Assembly (NCBI GenBank): GCA_963843145.1
Contig: CAWJJC010000020.1
Location: forward strand, 704,001 to 768,000
Direction of reading: 5' to 3'
DNA from: an uncultured delta proteobacterium
Lineage (GTDB): Bacteria; Desulfobacterota; RBG-13-43-22
Length of the DNA stretch: 64,000 bases
Below the pieces are notes generated by a model that worked only from the letters and a program-made list of their open reading frames with translations, had not been told where the DNA came from and searched no databases. Every line of letters begins with the position of its first letter. The first letter of the stretch is position 1. This document shows, one piece after another, positions 59,395 through 64,000 of this stretch. The position numbers were made by a program, and so were the translations under genes.

Positions 59395-60606
59395 TTACAG
59401 TTCCAATCGAGGCCTGCCGTTATTTTCCAGAGTGAGCCAGACGGCGAGATAATCCCGCATCTGACGGGTGATCAAAAAATTTTTTCGAACGTATTCCCGG
59501 GCCTGTTCCCCGATCCGGCTGACCATCTCCGGATTGTTCAGTAATTGCCGAATCCGGAAGGCCGCCCCCTCGATGGAATGGACCAGAAGGCCGGTAACTC
59601 CGTGGATGATCTGGAGCGGGATCCCTCCCACCGCTCCTCCGATGACCGGCTTGCCTTTCCACATGGCCTCGGAGACGGTCAGTCCGAACCCTTCCTTGAT
59701 CGACTTCTGTACGACTATCGTGGCAGCCCGCTGCAGGGCGTTGATTTTTAAATCACTGCCGGCCGGCAACAACAGTAAGAAAATATCAGGGTCTCCCTGG
59801 CAATAATTCTGCACCTCCGCCAAAACCTGTTCCCCCTCGGGGTCATCGGTCGCCGTGCTGCCGGCCAGAATCAAAATGCAATCATTGTACTTTTTGGCCA
59901 TCCGGTAGGCCTGGATCACCCCGATGGGATCTTTAAACCGGTCGAAACGGGAGACCTGGAGCACGATCGGCCGATCCCGGGGAATGTTCAATTCGTTTAG
60001 GACCTGGTCGATCTCCTCGGGCGAAAGATTCCGGTTTTTTTCACTGATGGGATCGATGGACGGAGGAATAATAAATTTGTCGAGGGGCAGATCCTGGGCA
60101 AATTTGGCCACGGAAAAAATGACCCCCTGGTATTGCTGGACATAGCGGCTGATCGGCTGCCAGACTTCCGGGTAGGGTTTGGACAGGTCGATATGGCAGC
60201 GCCAGACCCAGTGCCCTTCTTTCTTGTATTCGATCAGGGGCACCGGCTGCGGATCATGGATCAGGACCATATCGGCTTCCAGATCGAGCCGTTGGGCGTT
60301 TACCTGGTTGATATGATGATGATAGTCCCACATTTCCGGGGTGATGAGAACCTCGTCCCCCTGGAGGCCATTGTGAAACAATTTGGTGGTTTCGAAAAAC
60401 GGTTCGTCGCCCTCGATAACTTCCCAGCGGGTCCGGATACCCAGTTCCTGAAGCATGGGAATCATCCGTTGCAGTATTTCCGCCACCCCGCCGCCGTCTT
60501 TCGTGGAATTTATGTGCAGGAAGGTCCTGTCTTTCAGCCTGTCCCCCATGCGCTTCAAAAGGATTAAATCCCCCTTGGGGGCGATACCGGTATAGGTGTT
60601 GATCAT
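59395..60606 (-). CDS. treT: Trehalose glycosyltransferring synthase TreT (GT4)
   Basis: NST..GGGVAEIL, HDPQP, WRCHID, VSRFDRFKDP, EGFGLTVSEAMWK. Confidence 0.88.
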   Translation of the reverse strand: MINTYTGIAPKGDLILLKRMGDRLKDRTFLHINSTKDGGGVAEILQRMIPMLQELGIRTRWEVIEGDEPFFETTKLFHNGLQGDEVLITPEMWDYHHHINQVNAQRLDLEADMVLIHDPQPVPLIEYKKEGHWVWRCHIDLSKPYPEVWQPISRYVQQYQGVIFSVAKFAQDLPLDKFIIPPSIDPISEKNRNLSPEEIDQVLNELNIPRDRPIVLQVSRFDRFKDPIGVIQAYRMAKKYNDCILILAGSTATDDPEGEQVLAEVQNYCQGDPDIFLLLLPAGSDLKINALQRAATIVVQKSIKEGFGLTVSEAMWKGKPVIGGAVGGIPLQIIHGVTGLLVHSIEGAAFRIRQLLNNPEMVSRIGEQAREYVRKNFLITRQMRDYLAVWLTLENNGRPRLEL

Positions 60607-61274
60607 AGCGAGATGGTCTCCATGTCTGCTCTCAGCTTCTGTTCCACTTCTTGAATCAGGTGCTCTTTAATATCCTCCAGGCCGTTCATAAAGGGGTCGA
60701 TGGTCCGGACCCTTTCAGCCAGAGCCGTCTCCCCCAGGACATCCTCCATCCATTGGGAGAAGTCATCCTGACGGCTGCCCAACCGCACCCGGGCTTCATA
60801 AAAATGATAGTAAATGGAGGCCGGTTCGATGTATTTGATGGCCATCAAAAATTCCGCCAGATTCCGAATACGGACCCCGGCCGGAAAAATCACGGAAACC
60901 GTTTCATTAAAGTAAAATTCATCTCCCGGCCAGACCGCCCGGGGTCGGGGCGACTGGTTCAGGTAGGTATCGATTATGAGCAACAACTCCTGGCGGACCT
61001 CCTGAATATGTGTATGGCTGAAGGGGTCCACCATGGACAGTCGTTCGGCCAGGGAACGCTCTTCCAAAAATTCGCCCGCCCAATGGGCGAAATCGTTGGT
61101 ATACTCGACGCTGATATCCTTCAGAAAATATTCATGGGTATGATGGTAGATGGACCGGTCGGAAACCGTCGCCATGGCCTCTCGCAGTTCCTTCAGATCC
61201 CTGGCCTTCCTGCCGGTCGATTTGAGCAGCAGGACGCACTGCCTGAAGGCGAAAGATTGGTTTTGATTGTTCAT
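60603..61274 (-). CDS. DUF5752/OrfY-like TreT-associated protein with internal duplication
   Basis: Two copies of L.E...SIY.H..E...DF..W; overlaps both neighbours by 4 nt. Confidence 0.75.
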   Translation of the reverse strand: MNNQNQSFAFRQCVLLLKSTGRKARDLKELREAMATVSDRSIYHHTHEYFLKDISVEYTNDFAHWAGEFLEERSLAERLSMVDPFSHTHIQEVRQELLLIIDTYLNQSPRPRAVWPGDEFYFNETVSVIFPAGVRIRNLAEFLMAIKYIEPASIYYHFYEARVRLGSRQDDFSQWMEDVLGETALAERVRTIDPFMNGLEDIKEHLIQEVEQKLRADMETISL

Positions 61275-62314
61275 GCGCTCTCCTGCTTTTCCTGCCGCAG
61301 ATGAACCGTACGCTGCGGGAAGGGGATCTCGATGCCTTCATCTTTGAAACGCTTGAAGATACGTTTCCGCAATTCATGCTGGGCCAGGTAGTTGTCCACA
61401 AACTCGTTAACCTGGCAGATCAGTGTAAAATCCAGGGAGCTGTCTCCGAAACCTGGAATAAAGCGGACAAAGGGTTCCGGTTCCGGCAACAGTCCGGGAA
61501 CCTCCCCGGCGGTCTTCTTGGCCACCTCGATCAAGATGCGCTCCACCTGCTCGGGATCCGTGTCATAGCTGACCGACACCGGAATAAGCAGCGAGAGGCG
61601 CTTTTCCGGCAAATAATAATTCGTGATGACACTTTGGGCCAACTTGCCGTTCGGAATCACGACAATGTTGTTGGCCAGCAGCCGGACCCGGGTCGTCCGC
61701 CAGTTGATATCGGTTACAATTCCTTCCTGGCCCGATTCCAGCCGGATAAAATCACCGACACGAATGGCCCGTTCCATCAATAGGTTGATTCCGGCAAAAA
61801 GGTTTTCCAGGGTATCCTTCAGAGCCAAACCCACTGCCAGGCCGCCGACCCCTAGCGCGGTAACCATGGGGGCAATGGAAACTCCCAAAATGGTCAAGGC
61901 CGTCAAGAACCCGATGATCGCGATGATTCCCTTAACAATTCCCTGAGCCAGCCCGGTGCTTGGGACGGGTAGGTCCAGTTTTTCGATATAAAAGTTAAAA
62001 AGTCTTCCGGATAAATTCACGACCCCGATGACGATTGAAAGCAATATGGCCAGATGAATGGCTTTAGTAATATAAAATGCTATGCCGGAGGAAAGTTCCA
62101 GCAGGTCAACTCCCAGGCGGAGCCCGATGGCCAGACACAAAAAAATGGAAGGAATTTTAATCGCCCGGATGATCAGATCATCCATCCGGGAGTTGGTCCG
62201 TGTCGCCCAGTGATGAAGGGCACGCATCACAATGGCGCGAACGGCAAGCAGGATAGAGAAGATGATTAGAAAGGTTAGAAAGGGAACTAAATATTTATCT
62301 AAATAGGCATTCAT
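61271..62314 (-). CDS. Small-conductance mechanosensitive channel MscS family
   Basis: LGVGGLAVGLALKDTL.N.FAG, VGDFI, INWRTT, IPN, GIEIPFPQR. Confidence 0.95.
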   Translation of the reverse strand: MNAYLDKYLVPFLTFLIIFSILLAVRAIVMRALHHWATRTNSRMDDLIIRAIKIPSIFLCLAIGLRLGVDLLELSSGIAFYITKAIHLAILLSIVIGVVNLSGRLFNFYIEKLDLPVPSTGLAQGIVKGIIAIIGFLTALTILGVSIAPMVTALGVGGLAVGLALKDTLENLFAGINLLMERAIRVGDFIRLESGQEGIVTDINWRTTRVRLLANNIVVIPNGKLAQSVITNYYLPEKRLSLLIPVSVSYDTDPEQVERILIEVAKKTAGEVPGLLPEPEPFVRFIPGFGDSSLDFTLICQVNEFVDNYLAQHELRKRIFKRFKDEGIEIPFPQRTVHLRQEKQESA

Positions 62315-62320
62315 TGATTA

Positions 62321-62349
62321 ATAGTAACTGAAAGGGACACAACTGTCAA
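62321..62349 (-). promoter_or_regulatory. Sigma70 promoter of the mscS-trehalose operon (probably leaderless)
   Basis: Minus strand TTGACA-N17-TACTAT, 6 nt before the ATG, no Shine-Dalgarno. Confidence 0.75.
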
Positions 62350-62490
62350 ATGATGAACGTCGGCAGGCAGTTGGCCATACGGGACTTTGAGCGAAGCGGT
62401 GCGGTCCTCCGGCTGTAGCCGAGGGAGACATCAATGCCCATCCGGCCTTAACCCGCCTTCTTCCGGCTTCAATTCGGGTCGAGGCAATGC

Positions 62491-63492
62491 TCATCCGCTT
62501 CGGCCCTCGAGGAATTTCTGACTGATATCCTGCGCGATTAAAGGGGCATTTCCGCCGGCCCGGTTGTTGATGATCAGGTAAAGGTCCAGTTCCCTCTCGG
62601 CAGCCCGTTTCATCAACGCCACGGTGTCCTGGACCAGGCCCGGACTGAGCATCCCCTCCACGAGTTTATCGAAAGGATGGGCTTGAGCGAAAGCGTCTTC
62701 GTAGCGCTTGCCGATGGGGGTCATCAGGCGAACCAGACCCACCCGGCCGGCGGTGACCCAGCGGCCGCCGGCCCGCGCCACTTGCCGGCTTAAGGGCGGC
62801 AGCCAGGTCCAGTGCGACAGGATCTGACCGACCCCGTGCTTTTCCAAGATCTCGAATACGGGCGGGGACCAATAGGCTTCGGTCCTCAGCTCCAGATGGT
62901 ACCGGGCATCCCGGGGAAGGGCTTCAAAGAAGGCGTCCCATCCGGAGGCCAGTTGAGAGATGGGTATCCGGTCTTCTTTACGCTGATACTCCTGTTCAAA
63001 GACCATCCCCGCCAGATTTGATCCTAATAATTTATTCGCCGGGAGGTAGAACTGGTCCAGGAATACGCGGGAATTTAAGTAATGGGGGTTGGCGACCGTC
63101 TGGTTTCCCTGGCGGACTTTAAGGGCGCAGACTTCTTGAGGCACCTTTAAGATGACCCGATCATCCTTTTCCAGATAACGGGTATAATTTCTTAGAACAT
63201 GGTAGTTCGAGGTGGGTTCTCCGTCCGGCGTCAGCAGCGGTCGATAAAAGGTGTAGTCCAGTTCCAGAATGGAAAAGTGCTCGAAATACTCCCGGACGCT
63301 GTCCACCGGCACGACTTCATCCCGGTAAACTTTCCCACCCACGGTATGGGACCGGTGCGTGATCCGGCCCTGGTATTTTTCCGCGGAATAGATCTGGCCG
63401 ATCCAGCCCGCGTAGCGGTCGCTGGCCGTGCCGATGAAAATATGGGGATGAAGACCCCGGAAACGAAAGCTTTTCAGGTCTAAATTTTTCAC
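62491..63492 (-). CDS. DUF72 (YecE-like) protein
   Basis: IGT..Y.GW..Y, LELD.TFY, ELR, INNRAGGNAP; GTG start after GGAGG. Confidence 0.8.
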   Translation of the reverse strand: MKNLDLKSFRFRGLHPHIFIGTASDRYAGWIGQIYSAEKYQGRITHRSHTVGGKVYRDEVVPVDSVREYFEHFSILELDYTFYRPLLTPDGEPTSNYHVLRNYTRYLEKDDRVILKVPQEVCALKVRQGNQTVANPHYLNSRVFLDQFYLPANKLLGSNLAGMVFEQEYQRKEDRIPISQLASGWDAFFEALPRDARYHLELRTEAYWSPPVFEILEKHGVGQILSHWTWLPPLSRQVARAGGRWVTAGRVGLVRLMTPIGKRYEDAFAQAHPFDKLVEGMLSPGLVQDTVALMKRAAERELDLYLIINNRAGGNAPLIAQDISQKFLEGRSG

Positions 63493-63607
63493 TGATTTCT
63501 CCTCCTTTAGTGAAAAATTTAGTGAATTCAAATGGGAAAATAGCTTTCCGAGCAAATCGGCGCTCAGATTGAGTCAGCCTCAACCTTCTTTGACTGCGAG
63601 GCTGTTT

Positions 63608-64000
63608 CTATTTCTCTTTCCAGACTGGATTTCTTTTCTCCAGAAAGGCACTTACCCCTTCCCTGGCATCTTCGGAAGAACAAAGACGGGCGAACGCCTC
63701 GTTCATATATTCGAAGGCTTTATAATAATCCAGATCCGCGGCCGCATAGAAGGCCTTCTTGGCGATCTGCACCCCCACCGGACTCTTTTGGGCCAGAGTT
63801 GCCGCCCAGTTGCGGGTTTCCTTTTCCAGATCGGCTTCCGGGATGACTTTGTTGACCAGCCCCATGGCCAAGGCTTCCTGGGCTGAAATCAAATTACCGT
63901 AGAACAGTAATTCGAGCGCACGCTTTCTCCCGATGGACCGGGTTACCGGGACTACCGGTCCGATGCAGTTAAGTCCCACGTTGATGGCCGTCAGACCCAG
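63608..64000 (-). CDS. Enoyl-CoA hydratase/isomerase family protein, 5' end beyond window
   Basis: IGRKRALEL..G..ISAQEAL.MGLVNKV, SEDAREG..AFLEKRNP.W. Confidence 0.9.
   Translation of the reverse strand: MGLTAINVGLNCIGPVVPVTRSIGRKRALELLFYGNLISAQEALAMGLVNKVIPEADLEKETRNWAATLAQKSPVGVQIAKKAFYAAADLDYYKAFEYMNEAFARLCSSEDAREGVSAFLEKRNPVWKEK

Noticed and set aside
62350-62490. Possible ncRNA between DUF72 and mscS
   Set aside because: Short GC hairpins only, no recognisable family
1-64000. CRISPR arrays, prophage, transposases, rRNA/tRNA genes
   Set aside because: No regularly spaced repeats, integrase/transposase/phage ORFs or RNA gene signatures seen

Overview
Bacterial chromosomal DNA that looks like a Desulfobacterota (deltaproteobacterial) anaerobe; the taxonomy is inferred from gene content. 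Bases 1-36.4 kb hold a near-complete flagellar cluster: a sigma54 activator, flgBC-fliEFGHIJ, motE-like, fliK (split), flgDE, fliLMNOPQR-flhBAFG-fliA-cheY, a frameshifted second fliL-like gene, a second FliK/FlhB-like pair, flgFGAHIJNKL-csrA-fliW and convergent flgM. It has three sigma54 promoters and one sigma28-like promoter, but no flagellin, fliD/fliS or motAB in the window. Bases 36.5-64 kb are mostly minus-strand housekeeping and stress genes: a cysteine synthase (CysM-like)::cysteinyl-tRNA synthetase fusion flanked by a Cys-rich ORF and a DUF3786-like gene, glmS, a C-terminally short glmU, ridA-like, ybhP/clsB-like, rlmL-like, an M48 peptidase, tamAB, an mscS-DUF5752-treT-TPS/TPP-tspO osmostress locus, DUF72 and an enoyl-CoA hydratase. 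A MITE/REP-like inverted-repeat family occurs at about 12.3-12.6 kb and 41.8 kb. The most interesting candidates are the CysM-CysRS fusion with degenerate KMSKS/KIIK motifs, the combined two-route trehalose/channel operon, the truncated GlmU and possible erosion of the flagellar locus. All family assignments come from motif recognition only; no database searches were run.
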